From contig CP000070.1 of the NCBI GenBank assembly GCA_000002445.1, positions 736,001-800,000 on the forward strand: DNA of 64,000 nucleotides, read 5' to 3'. Below the pieces are notes generated by a model. The model did no database searches. It was not told the origin of the DNA and worked only from the letters and a program-made list of their open reading frames with translations. Origin of the DNA: Trypanosoma brucei (taxonomy: Eukaryota). Shown piece after piece: positions 22,695 to 32,913 of this stretch. Numbering within the stretch: position 1 is the first letter of the stretch; the number at the start of each line of letters is the position of its first letter. The position numbers and the translations under genes were made by a program.

Positions 22695-24965
22695 GTGATA
22701 ACGCAGCACCGAAGGGAGTATGAAATGAAGTTCCACCTTCAAAGCGTGCTCTTAATGGCACTGGACGTGGTTAAAGGGCCTTACCTCAGTTGCTTTGCAC
22801 CAGTTAACCCAGTTGAACAAGGAGGGGACGACCAACCTCGTGATGTACAAGGTGACGTAAACAAGGATAGCAGCAGGAACAAAGACATGTTGCACCTTCC
22901 AACGAATGCTGGCCGTTTTAAAGCATTTAGCGATGTCTTTGTGCCGAAATCTGAGTTCTGCCGTCGCGTAATGTGCCTGGTGGAAGCTGAGTCCGGAATC
23001 CTGTACTTGTTTTATCCAGAAGAGATATCTGGTGTCCACTATGAACGAAAAACATTGCGGTACACACTGTGCTTCGCCTTTGCCGTTGACACCAATCTTG
23101 TCACGGCTACTGCAGCGACGGTAGAGCGGCTTCTCCGACCGTATAGCTTTGTCTTGACGAGAATCGTAGAGGGGCTTCGCGAAGCGGAGCAGCGCTCCGG
23201 TTACATGTCTCGCGGCCTTTCCCACAGGCTTTCTACGCATTGTCCCAGCCGTGGAGATTGCCAACAGCAGCAGTCGAAAAATGACCTGATCGGCCAGCCC
23301 TCTCGCAGTGATTTTCACGAATATGGTGGTGGGGTAAGTGCTGAAATACACAGCGTGGTAGGTACAACGTCTTTTGCTTCCCCACCAACCGGGGACGAAG
23401 CGCTCTTTAGGTATGCCAAGGGAACGTCACGGGTCAACGTTTTCTTAACACCACCTCAGGATTCCTCCGGGATGCAGTGGACATCTCTCGAGGCGCTAAT
23501 GGGGGAACTCTTCACGTTTTTAGGAACTGACCCAAAGGAGGGTGAAACTAAGTGCCCGCGACCATGGGCGACAGAAAATACCGTTTCCTTAAGGTTGTGC
23601 GAAACGTTCTTCATTCCCGTGGGTCACAGGGCGCCACCCCATCTACCCCAGCAGCACGCCCTCGATGAAGTGCCCGTTCCCGTAGCCGCGTATGAGCCGG
23701 AGGTATTTGAACACGTGGATTTAGTTATGCACGACGTTTTTAGGATTGTTGATGGGAGGCGTACAATTCGCCAAATTGTACAGGTACTCGCTGCGGAGTG
23801 CGAACGGTACGAAGACAGTGATGAGCTACTCCAAAGGCAAGGACGTATATTTTCTCCCGCAAGCAGCCAGTGTGCTATACATTCGGTATTCGCGCATTCG
23901 CTGCATCCTGTGAACTTTCCCGGAAGCAGGAGCGCCCCGGAGGTTGGCGGTCTCGCATCATCAACTGCGTCAACAAATGCACATCCCAGGGATGCCTTGA
24001 ATACGCAGCGGGCAACCCCTGGGTTGCTCTCCCCGCCGTCAGCAGCAGATATATGTCTTACGTCCCCGTTCCCAAACACAGTATGCTCTGGTACGTGCTT
24101 CAGCGCTCCCACGGTATGCACGTGGTCGAGAACCCTACAGACGTCCCGGTACCTCCCCGAGCGGCAGAATGCTGAAGAAGCAGCAAACAACTCCATCAGC
24201 GACAAGCTCAGCGTTTGGTGTGAGTTGGAGTTACTGGTTGTTGAGGCTCTCCAGCACTTGGAGGTGCACAACTACGTGAAGATCATTCGACCCATTAAAA
24301 TGAAGTACACCTACTTCGCAACGAACGCACTATACTCAATAATGTCCGACAGAAGCAGTCCTGCACGGCAGCTACTAGGAAAACGTATGCTTCTTGTGGA
24401 ATACATGTTTCACAAAGAGAAGGGACAACGCACCAGCTTACAGGGCTCCTCAGGCAATCAGAAGCGACTGCAAGAACTTGCTCCAGAGTACAGAAAAAAT
24501 TTGGAGGGTCTCAACTCTGCAACCCGTCTTACCCCGCCACTGGCTCCACTTAGCGCACATGATAAGGGAGTTGCGGTGGATGATGAAATATCCAGGGAAC
24601 AGCAGTATCATATAAAGCGGGAGCGTTCCAGCGACACTGCTTTGCCGTGTTCCACCTCACTGAGACACAGTTCTACAGAGTGTCTTCAGGATGGGGATTC
24701 ATCACACGATGACGTGGATGTGACTCCAGCCGCGGAAACAAATCCAGATAGACATGAGGCGACCTACACTGAGGTTCTCATTAACATGGCAGCTGCCGCG
24801 GCTCTCTGTGCGCTCGGTAAATTCAGTGGCTCCACAATTTTCAGTGTACAGAGGGATATGCAAGGACACCCTCAGTGGTCGAATGCCTTTGCTAACTGGG
24901 AAGAAAGCTGCTGCAAATCATTGGTCGAAATAGCCATAATTAACGGTTGGCTGGTTGCTCAATGA
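22695..24965 (+). CDS. NPRL2/Npr2-like protein (GATOR1/SEACIT subunit-like) with kinetoplastid-specific low-complexity insertions
   Basis: N-terminal longin-like region [22 protein letters not shown] ~ NPRL2 [40 protein letters not shown] ~ [32 protein letters not shown] ~ [36 protein letters not shown] ~ [20 protein letters not shown]. Alignments were done by eye only. The start could be Met 22725 (MKFHLQ). Confidence 0.45.
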   Translation: [756 protein letters not shown]

Positions 24966-25226
24966 ACTGTACCATAAGTTGTTCAGACGATTGGTTACAG
25001 CAAAGGTACGGTACACTATACATTCCTGCACATCAAGGGTCACATCACGAAGGAGAGCATGTGTATGCATACCGGTTCACTGCCGCTTTGTCAAATACGT
25101 ACTGTGTTTTTGTACTAGCACCCAAACTCTTCCCTTCCCTTTATCCTTCTCTCTGCCCCAGTGTCATTTTAAGCAACAAAGACTAACCAAACAGGAATAT
25201 TAATATATCTTACAAACGTTTTCACC

Positions 25227-25799
25227 ATGCGCCGGTCTGTATATCAGCTAAGCAAGGAACTCCCAATCTCTGAGGACGAGGTTGCGTGTCTGGTGAAGAA
25301 GGTGATGCGTGAATGCCCATCAGCCTTCAATTCCCAATCCTCACGTGCTGTGATCCTCTTTGGAGAGCAACACACAAAGCTATGGAACCTAACGAAGGAT
25401 AAGCTAAAGGCGACAGTGAAACCCGATTCCTACAATGAGGCCGCCAAGAAGATTGATGGGTGCTTCGCCCCCGCTGCCGGTACCATATTGTTTTTGGAGG
25501 ATAAAAGTGTTGTTGAAGGACTTGTCAAGTCGTACCCCGCATACGCAGAAGGTTTCCCAGTGTGGTCAACTGAATCATCAGGTATGGCTCAATTCGCCGT
25601 GTGGACAGCACTTGCAGAAAAAGGTATCGGTGCGTCTCTGCAGCACTACACATCACTGATCGGTGAGGCGGTGACGGCGGAGTGGAAGCTTCCGGCAACA
25701 TGGGAGATGCATGCACAAATGCCATTTGGAAAGCCACTGGAGAAGTGTGGCGAGAAGACGTACATGCCGGATGAAGAACGCTTTAAGGTGTTTAAATAA
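25227..25799 (+). CDS. Small nitroreductase-like protein of the Hbn1/Frm2 type, paralog B
   Basis: Identical to paralog A except for one substitution (ILFFEDK -> ILFLEDK; ttc->ttg). Confidence 0.8.
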   Translation: MRRSVYQLSKELPISEDEVACLVKKVMRECPSAFNSQSSRAVILFGEQHTKLWNLTKDKLKATVKPDSYNEAAKKIDGCFAPAAGTILFLEDKSVVEGLVKSYPAYAEGFPVWSTESSGMAQFAVWTALAEKGIGASLQHYTSLIGEAVTAEWKLPATWEMHAQMPFGKPLEKCGEKTYMPDEERFKVFK

Positions 25800-26621
25800 A
25801 GTTCGTTGATATTTTTACCGTACTTGATCACACACATGTATTCCTCCATGGACTGATCTTATTTACACTCTTGGTGTTATTCACCCTCCTTTAAGCACCA
25901 ATTTCTTTGCAATACATGCATATACATGTTGGTTTTGGGGCACCTTTATATTGTTATCCAACTGCTTTTTTTGTTCGCCACGCTTTTCCACTTCTTACCT
26001 TTTACACACTAGGTTAATTTGGGCACCACGTGAGGTTAATATGAACAAATGTATGTTTCTCATGTTTTCCCTTCGTTTAGCGAGGCAAATGTATTGAAGA
26101 AAGTGTCGTGGTTGGGGTAAGTGGTGTTACACGCACGACGTGTTCGTTACCCACCCTTTCCACCCTCTTCTCATGCTTCTGCACTTCTTTACTTTTTTGT
26201 TCATTCGTTTATATACATATATATTTACGTGTTCTGGCTTCTACGATTTTTAAAAAACACGTATCGCTATAATTATAAGCGTGTACGCACTTATTTTTTT
26301 GTTATCGCTCTATATACATGTGGTGCATAATACAAGGTGTCTCATTATCACTAGAGGTTTCTTAGGTACCGTACCCCGGTCATGTAGCATGATGTAGAGG
26401 GATGAGAGTCGATATGAATATAATAAATGATGCTTGTAAGGATGATTTGACCAACTACCGCTTTCGTACACGTGTGTATTTTTGCATGCTTGTGTTTTAT
26501 CTGCTTTGTTTATTGTAACCCATTTAAATCATATTTTTTTGTTCACTTCTGTTGTCTTTTTGTCACTGTTGAATTGTTCCCATTGAGTTAGCTGAATTTC
26601 ATTGGTTTTTGGAGTTATCAC

Positions 26622-26807
26622 ATGATGTACGTGCTTGTAGCCGTGGCCATGTTGGCAATATTCTTCGCAGCTTTAGTGCTGTTTTTACGCGGTAAGTTAT
26701 CTGCTGGATCAGTTGCCACGAGCAACGGTGGAATTGGCAGTGATTCTGGGCTGATGCCCGGTGAGTCAGTCACTACGAGAGTTCGTCGTGCTCGGAAGGA
26801 GGAATAA
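26622..26807 (+). CDS. Small ORF (61 aa) TM peptide, duplicate copy
   Basis: Identical to 13953..14138. Confidence 0.25.
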   Translation: MMYVLVAVAMLAIFFAALVLFLRGKLSAGSVATSNGGIGSDSGLMPGESVTTRVRRARKEE

Positions 26808-27448
26808 CGATTATCATCCAACAGTGAATATGAGCGGTTGGTGGCGCCTCAGGTGACACGGTTTGTTCGCAAGATTCGTGCCGCCGCGTTATTTGTTTCC
26901 GATTGAGCGCATATGCCGCAGTTAGGTAAATGTTCGGTTGGTGTTGCTGTGGATCTACTGATGTGATCTGTTGTTGTTGTGTTGTTTTTGAAGAACATTT
27001 TTTTAAATACCTTATATTTGTTTTTAATTCTCTCTTCCTTTTTTGTTACACTAATGTGGCCGTAAAGCATCCTTAATTAATATTTTGGTTGCCATTGTTA
27101 GGTGTCTCCGCAGTTATGTTTACTGTTGGTAATGAAACTATTCTTCTTATTATTATTATTATTCTTTTTCTATCCCTTGGCCTTCACCATTATCTTTTTT
27201 TTCTTACTTTTGTGACTTCTATGTTTTCAATGGCTACTCAACCTCCCTCCGCAGCAGTGCTGTGATCTTATCATTTCTCCTGCAAATCCCTGCCGTACAT
27301 TGTGGTGCTTTCTATATTCTGTCGGCGGAAGCACTCGTGGTAAAAGAGGGGGTAGGGAAAGAGGGAAACGTGACGAAAGAAGTGGATAGCGTTGAATAAC
27401 TTGAGAGGCACAATTGTGGAGAGGTTAGATACGAAAGAGTAGTGGAGG

Positions 27449-28387
27449 GTGGGGATCATGTCAAACCCACCTAAGCACTACAGTGTGGAGTCATTGCGGA
27501 CGGTTGGGCTTCTGCCTGCGCAACTGGCCTTGTCCCGTAAGCCACGTCTTCGCCCACACGTAGGTAATCTCAAGGGTCTTGTTTACCCTCTACCGTATTA
27601 CGCAATGTGGCGTGGTAATCACAACAAATACACATATAACAAAAGCACTGTGTGTCTATGGGGAGAAGGCGATACCCGTTCCATGTACCATCAACATTAT
27701 GCTCATGCAAAGTGCCCGACGGACTACGGGCGTGGTGGAAGAGAATTTGAATACCTTACAGTGAAGCGTGGTAAGATGTTACAGAAACCGCTACCGCGGG
27801 TGCAATACGTGGCGGAAGGGTCCAAGCCGGTGTGGCTCTTCAAGTCGTGGCATACGCCTCTCAGCTCACCAAGCATGTGGGAACGAGAGGTTCAGTACGC
27901 CGAGCATACACCAGAGCATATTGGTGCCAAGCGGCCGCTTGCAGTAGTCGCACCACGTACAATGCATCGCTACCTGTTTCTTATGCATATGGAAAAGGTG
28001 ACCATTACTGTATCCCCTCTGTTGTTTGGTTATGGTCACACCATACAGAAAGCTGTGTTGGATTTCTACCGCCGTGCTATAAGTGCTCGCTCTCCATTCC
28101 CAAAGGATAAAGTGTTTCTCTTTTATGCCATTGATCACATTACACCTCGTATTGAAGTGACATGGCTGGATGGGACGTCATATGTTCCACCTGTGTTGGA
28201 GGGTGCAAGTTCGCAAGACCTCATTCAGATGGTGATGGAAGAGGCTTGGTTGGCTGCAGATCGCATGGCTGCGGAAGGCCGTGTGCTCAATCCGTTAGCA
28301 ATTGACGATTATAAGTGGGATCAGTTGGTTGTGTTTAAAAAGGTACGGGATAAGGAAGCGAGCAAGGGTGGTGGCAGAAAGAAGTAA
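27449..28387 (+). CDS. Conserved hypothetical protein (312 aa), paralog B
   Basis: Protein identical to 14783..15721. Confidence 0.6.
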   Translation: MGIMSNPPKHYSVESLRTVGLLPAQLALSRKPRLRPHVGNLKGLVYPLPYYAMWRGNHNKYTYNKSTVCLWGEGDTRSMYHQHYAHAKCPTDYGRGGREFEYLTVKRGKMLQKPLPRVQYVAEGSKPVWLFKSWHTPLSSPSMWEREVQYAEHTPEHIGAKRPLAVVAPRTMHRYLFLMHMEKVTITVSPLLFGYGHTIQKAVLDFYRRAISARSPFPKDKVFLFYAIDHITPRIEVTWLDGTSYVPPVLEGASSQDLIQMVMEEAWLAADRMAAEGRVLNPLAIDDYKWDQLVVFKKVRDKEASKGGGRKK

Positions 28388-29162
28388 GGGATAGGAATTT
28401 GTTTGGGTTAGGGGTGGTGGCACCGTGGCCGATTTTTATTTTCCAGTTGTGGTTGTTGTTTTATGGTACCTCACTTACCCCTTTCCTTTAATTCACAGCT
28501 CTTACCGTAGTGTAACTCCTTGTTTTTGCACTTTACGCCAGGTGTGGATGTTGAGTGTTACATTGGGTTGGTCATTGCCATGCTGATATATATGTGTGCT
28601 TTCATTGAAAGTTCATACGGATACTAATATCTTTTCTTTTCATTTACGTTATCACGATATGACGGTGGTGTTTGTGCCGTTATTGTATTTTGCATCGTGT
28701 ATGATCCCTTTTCATTTCTCTCTTTCCTCTTTTTCCTCTATTTCACAACACTACTTTAACCTACCGACTGACCGAAGTTTAGTGAAGAGGATTGAAACAC
28801 GACAGGATTAAGCAAAAGGAAAGAAACAGGAAACAGTGTAAGGTGGAAAGGTAGAGTTGTAGGAGGGACCAAGAAAACGTGTTTGGGCGAAAGGGAAGTT
28901 GGGGATTTCAGGAGGTGAACTCAGGAGCAACATATATATATATCTTTGTTTTTGTGTGCGAGGGTGTTGATCGTTTGGGGAAGCGGGAAGGAGCTGCTAA
29001 GAGTTACTTCTTCGTTTCTTGAGGCAGAATCCTACTCTAGGGTTTGCTATCTTATCTGAGGGGAGGAGGCGACTTCCCGGATAGTGAAGGAGGAAAGAAA
29101 ATTATTGGTTGAAGTTAAGGAGAGTGATTGCATACACAGGGTCAAGTAGGAAACTGTCCTAG

Positions 29163-31070
29163 ATGATTGACCCATTTCGCTCTTCTTTTAGTGGTAGCAC
29201 CCCCTTCAATGGTGGTGCTATAGATCAACTGCAACACATGCAGCAACCTGTGTTTTCGCTTCACTCGGAGCCACTTCCTCCGTTGGTTAGCAACGTGGGA
29301 GCTAGTCATAACGGCGGTGTTGAAGAAAATACAACGCTGCATATGACTGTCACGGAGGAGGTGGACGCGTTTGATGAAGGCCAGTTGGAGAAACTTCGTA
29401 GGACGCTGCAGTTGTTGGAGGGTATTTCGCAAGGGCGTCACGCTGTGGATTGGAAAGGCCTTATCAATCCTAGCAAACCAGTGGAGTCGGCCAAAAACGT
29501 GAGCTCGATGTTAGCTAGGCCCACAACCCTTCCTAGCGCCATTGAATGTGTTGCAAAATGTATCACAACACCGGAACATTTGTCTATTGTTGCCAAGCTC
29601 GACCAGCCTTTCAGGTCTCAGGTGCGGGACGCCGTGCTCCAAGAGCTCCTCAATACACTAACCACGGAACGGGATCCGCCACCAATGCCCGTCTGCTCAG
29701 AGATGCTAGCGGAAATGGTTCAGTTGAACCTTGTTGTTCTCCGGGGTGTATCGCGGACACTGGAGACGTTACTGAGTGATACAAACACGCGGCGAGCAGC
29801 AATTGCCGTCTTAGGGAAGTTGGCTGACCGTAGCCGCGGTGATGCCGTTTTTGCACGGGCTGTGCAGAACCTTGAGCCGTTAGTGCGAGCTATTAACGAT
29901 ACGGAGTATGAATACGACCGTGTAGCAATTGCCCGACTTCTAAGGTGGGGCGGATCGGAAAGGGAAGCATCACTGGTGCTGGAGAGGATCATAGCGTCGC
30001 AGCCGCAGCAATATCAGGTAACCTCTATGGCATATATTGGCCAACGCGACGAGCTTGCTTCTGCCACATGCGACGGGTCGGTTGTTATTTGGGGGAGCCC
30101 CAACGCCGTGAGTAAAGAGGTCCGCCCAGCGACAAGCATAGACCTACCACAGAACTATGTGCCTGTAGCATTGGAGGCTCCGCCGAATGGTAGCTACATG
30201 GTAGTTGCCGGCATGCCGATTTCTTTAGCCAGTCAACAGGCCATGATGAAGGCGAGTGGGAGCGGCATCAGTGGCCACAACTGGGAGAAGAGGCGACAAG
30301 CTTCACCAAGTCGGGTGAGGGCACCTCTTCTTCGCTTTCTCACTTGTAATGAGGGAACTGGGGTGTGGATGAGTGGCGACACCACAATGCGGAAAGAGAA
30401 TACCGCACTGACTGCGGCGGTTGCGCTACCAAATATGGTGGTATGCACTGCAGAGAGCTACCCATCCGAGCGATCGTCGGAAGCGGGCATACAGCACAAT
30501 CTAGTTTTACTCAACGGTTGCGCGCCTCAACCTCTAGGTGTTTTTGAAGGAGCTCACGAGGACTACATTACTGTGCTTCGTGTTGGCGATGAGAGCGGTC
30601 ATACGCTGTTCACTGGATCCCGCGACTGTGTGGTGAAAATGTGGGACATTCGGAGTAATTCGACTCGATCCGTCTTCTCTCTAGGATCTGCAACAGCTCC
30701 ACATGCCGAGATACCGCTTCACCGTCTAGAGAATGCCCACACTGATACCGTTACGTCAATTTTCCCCCATCGCAAAGTGCTGCTTACGGCTTCCCTAGAC
30801 GGAAATCTCCTCATGTGGGACATTCGGCAGTTGTGTGCGCCAGTGCATGAAATGCAGCTGCATTCACCCATCCTGGATGTTGCCCCTGCAAGTGGTGGAT
30901 TCATGGTGGTCTCGACTGCGCGGAGTCTCAACTTACTATCGCTAGAGACGCTAAAGTTTCATGACATTGTGCCGAATGTGTCGTACACCCAACTGCGCAC
31001 AAACTTTGATGGTCGGGTTATGTTTGGCGCGGGTGGTACCGGCGTTAGTGTGTATTCCGTGAGAGACTGA
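29163..31070 (+). CDS. WD40-repeat protein (C-terminal WD repeats; N-terminal ~300 aa helical region)
   Basis: WD-type segments GSRDCVVKMWDIRS, LLTASLDGNLLMWDIRQL and VVIWGSPN. Long uninterrupted ORF with coding-like codon usage. Confidence 0.6.
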   Translation: MIDPFRSSFSGSTPFNGGAIDQLQHMQQPVFSLHSEPLPPLVSNVGASHNGGVEENTTLHMTVTEEVDAFDEGQLEKLRRTLQLLEGISQGRHAVDWKGLINPSKPVESAKNVSSMLARPTTLPSAIECVAKCITTPEHLSIVAKLDQPFRSQVRDAVLQELLNTLTTERDPPPMPVCSEMLAEMVQLNLVVLRGVSRTLETLLSDTNTRRAAIAVLGKLADRSRGDAVFARAVQNLEPLVRAINDTEYEYDRVAIARLLRWGGSEREASLVLERIIASQPQQYQVTSMAYIGQRDELASATCDGSVVIWGSPNAVSKEVRPATSIDLPQNYVPVALEAPPNGSYMVVAGMPISLASQQAMMKASGSGISGHNWEKRRQASPSRVRAPLLRFLTCNEGTGVWMSGDTTMRKENTALTAAVALPNMVVCTAESYPSERSSEAGIQHNLVLLNGCAPQPLGVFEGAHEDYITVLRVGDESGHTLFTGSRDCVVKMWDIRSNSTRSVFSLGSATAPHAEIPLHRLENAHTDTVTSIFPHRKVLLTASLDGNLLMWDIRQLCAPVHEMQLHSPILDVAPASGGFMVVSTARSLNLLSLETLKFHDIVPNVSYTQLRTNFDGRVMFGAGGTGVSVYSVRD

Positions 31071-31699
31071 GGGAAGGAGACGCTTGTTCCCATTTCGTAA
31101 TTTACTCAATTTTCTTTTCCCCCTTTCCATGTTCGATCTGTTAGTAATTCCTCGTACCCTCTGTCTATTTCTTTCCTTTTAGTTTTCGCGCCGTTAGCCA
31201 CTCTTTTCAGCATTCTTACTCTTGCTCATCTTTACGTTCATTTATCCTTCACAGGGTGCGTGCTGCTGTTGTTGTTGTTATTTAGTTTGCACTGATGCCC
31301 CTCATCCATTCGAATCTGTGGATTGTTTGGTTAATTTGTTACTTTCTGTTTTCACTTTAAAAAAAAAAAACTATAATTATATATAAAAATGAATATTTAT
31401 TTAATTTAACGTTTGTGACGGGTGTTGTAAAGACGACGAGGAGAAAACAAAAGGTATATTGGTGGAGGAAATCAGTTATTAGGAAAACTATTAAATAAAA
31501 AGAAAGAGCAAAAAAATTAAAGAGGCTCATTATGTAGGAGGCACAAGAGAAACACGATGGTGCAATGGGAAGATCATGAACAGTTGTTTTGTGTGCTGAA
31601 GCATCACAGCGGATAAGGATGGATCAATCCCTCCCCTTCACTGGCAAAATGGGAGGGGGAGAAGGATGAATTGAGATGACACTCACTCTTTTTTTTTTA

Positions 31700-31721
31700 T
31701 GTGTGTGTGTGTGTGTGTGTT
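31700..31721. repeat. (TG)11 microsatellite preceded by a T9 tract
   Basis: tttttttttatgtgtgtgtgtgtgtgtgtgtt. Confidence 0.9.
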
Positions 31722-32159
31722 TGCTCGTGTTTTAAAGTGGGATTGTATGGCGTTATGGGTTACACACGTCTCTCCGCCACTTGTGCCTCAAAATATTGAA
31801 AGTTCACACGTCATTTCCCCCTAACCCTTTCTATATTTCTCCATAAGCGTGATGGAGGGGAAATGTGAAGTACTGAGGAAACTACTCGGTTCATTCCATT
31901 TTTTTTTCCATCTCCATTACTTCTCTCTTTGTTTTTCCCCGTCACACATTGCTGCCTTTATTTCCGTTTCTTCACTTCACTTTACTATATTATCGTGTCA
32001 ATCGTTGACTGCTGCAGGCGCTCCGACAGCTGAAGTTGACCACGTAATTTTTTTCTTTATTGGATAGCGTTTGAGGTGTGATTATGAAGCAAGGAAAAGG
32101 AAACAAAAAATAGTGCAGGTTGGGCGGGGGTAAGTGAGGAGTGTGAAGACACATTTATA

Positions 32160-32196
32160 TATATATATATATATTTATTTATTTATATTTATATAA
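32160..32196. repeat. (AT)n / (ATTT)n AT-rich microsatellite
   Basis: atatatatatatatatttatttatttatatttatata. Confidence 0.85.
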
Positions 32197-32548
32197 GAGA
32201 TTAAAGACGAATAATAAATGAAAGCCAAGATGAAAAGTGGAGGCGAAAAGGTGAAAACAAACAGCAACGCGGGGGCACGTGAGAATAAAGAATTGGATAT
32301 GCGCTACCCAATGGGCAAACTAGACAAGATGATGAAAGTAGTGAAAGAAAATGAATGCATGAATTCATGGGATGAGAAAAAAAAAATAAGGGCATACATA
32401 CAGCACACCATTTTTTTTGTTCTTTTTTTTTTTTTTACTTATTGTTTTTGTTATCACTTCGTATAAAATCTTTTTTTTTTTTTTGAGGGACTCTCAAACG
32501 CTTAGGTGAAGGTGATGGAGGTGAAGGTGTGAAGGAGGTTTGCGCGCG

Positions 32549-32551
<3 letters not shown>

Positions 32552-32629
<78 letters not shown>

Positions 32630-32630
32630 G
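32552..32630. repeat. Compound microsatellite (AT)16(GT)~21
   Basis: catatatatatatatatatatatatatatatatat gtgtgtgtgtgtgtgtgtgtgtgtgtgtgtgtgtgtgtgtgtgcgtgtg. Confidence 0.95.
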
Positions 32631-32867
32631 AAGGCGGGGGAAACGAGAAACAAAAATAAGAAGAGAGACAGAATGAGGGGAATAAGGGGGAGGATAATGG
32701 TATGAAGTGTGTGTTGGGCTTTCTGTGTCTCTGCAATCGTTTATTTTGTGAAGTTTGTTTCCTGCTGAGAAGAGAAAGGAAAAGGAAGGTTTGAAAAGGG
32801 AATGGGGAAAATGAGACAAAATGCATCAGTGAGGTCAAACTTGAGTTGAGTGGGATATGGCAGTCAG

Positions 32868-32913
32868 GCAAAGCAAAGCAAAGCAAAATGAAATGAAATG
32901 AAATGAACGGCAA
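32868..32913. repeat. Tandem pentanucleotide repeats (CAAAG)4 then (AAATG)4
   Basis: gcaaagcaaagcaaagcaaagcaaaatgaaatgaaatgaaatgaa. Confidence 0.9.

Larger units (their letters stand above)
25035..28909 (+). repeat. Segmental duplication copy B (3875 bp), direct repeat of 12358-16243
   Basis: See copy A. The left boundary begins ~70 bp after the stop codon (24963-24965) of the NPRL2-like CDS. Confidence 0.9.

Noticed and set aside
32318-32340. C-box-like GATGATGA motif, as a possible C/D snoRNA
   Set aside because: No D box (CUGA) or terminal stem found at an appropriate distance; a single short motif is expected by chance.
32435-32913. ORFs encoding HTHTHT.../IYIYIY... peptides
   Set aside because: These are translations of the (GT)n/(AT)n compound microsatellite and are not coding.
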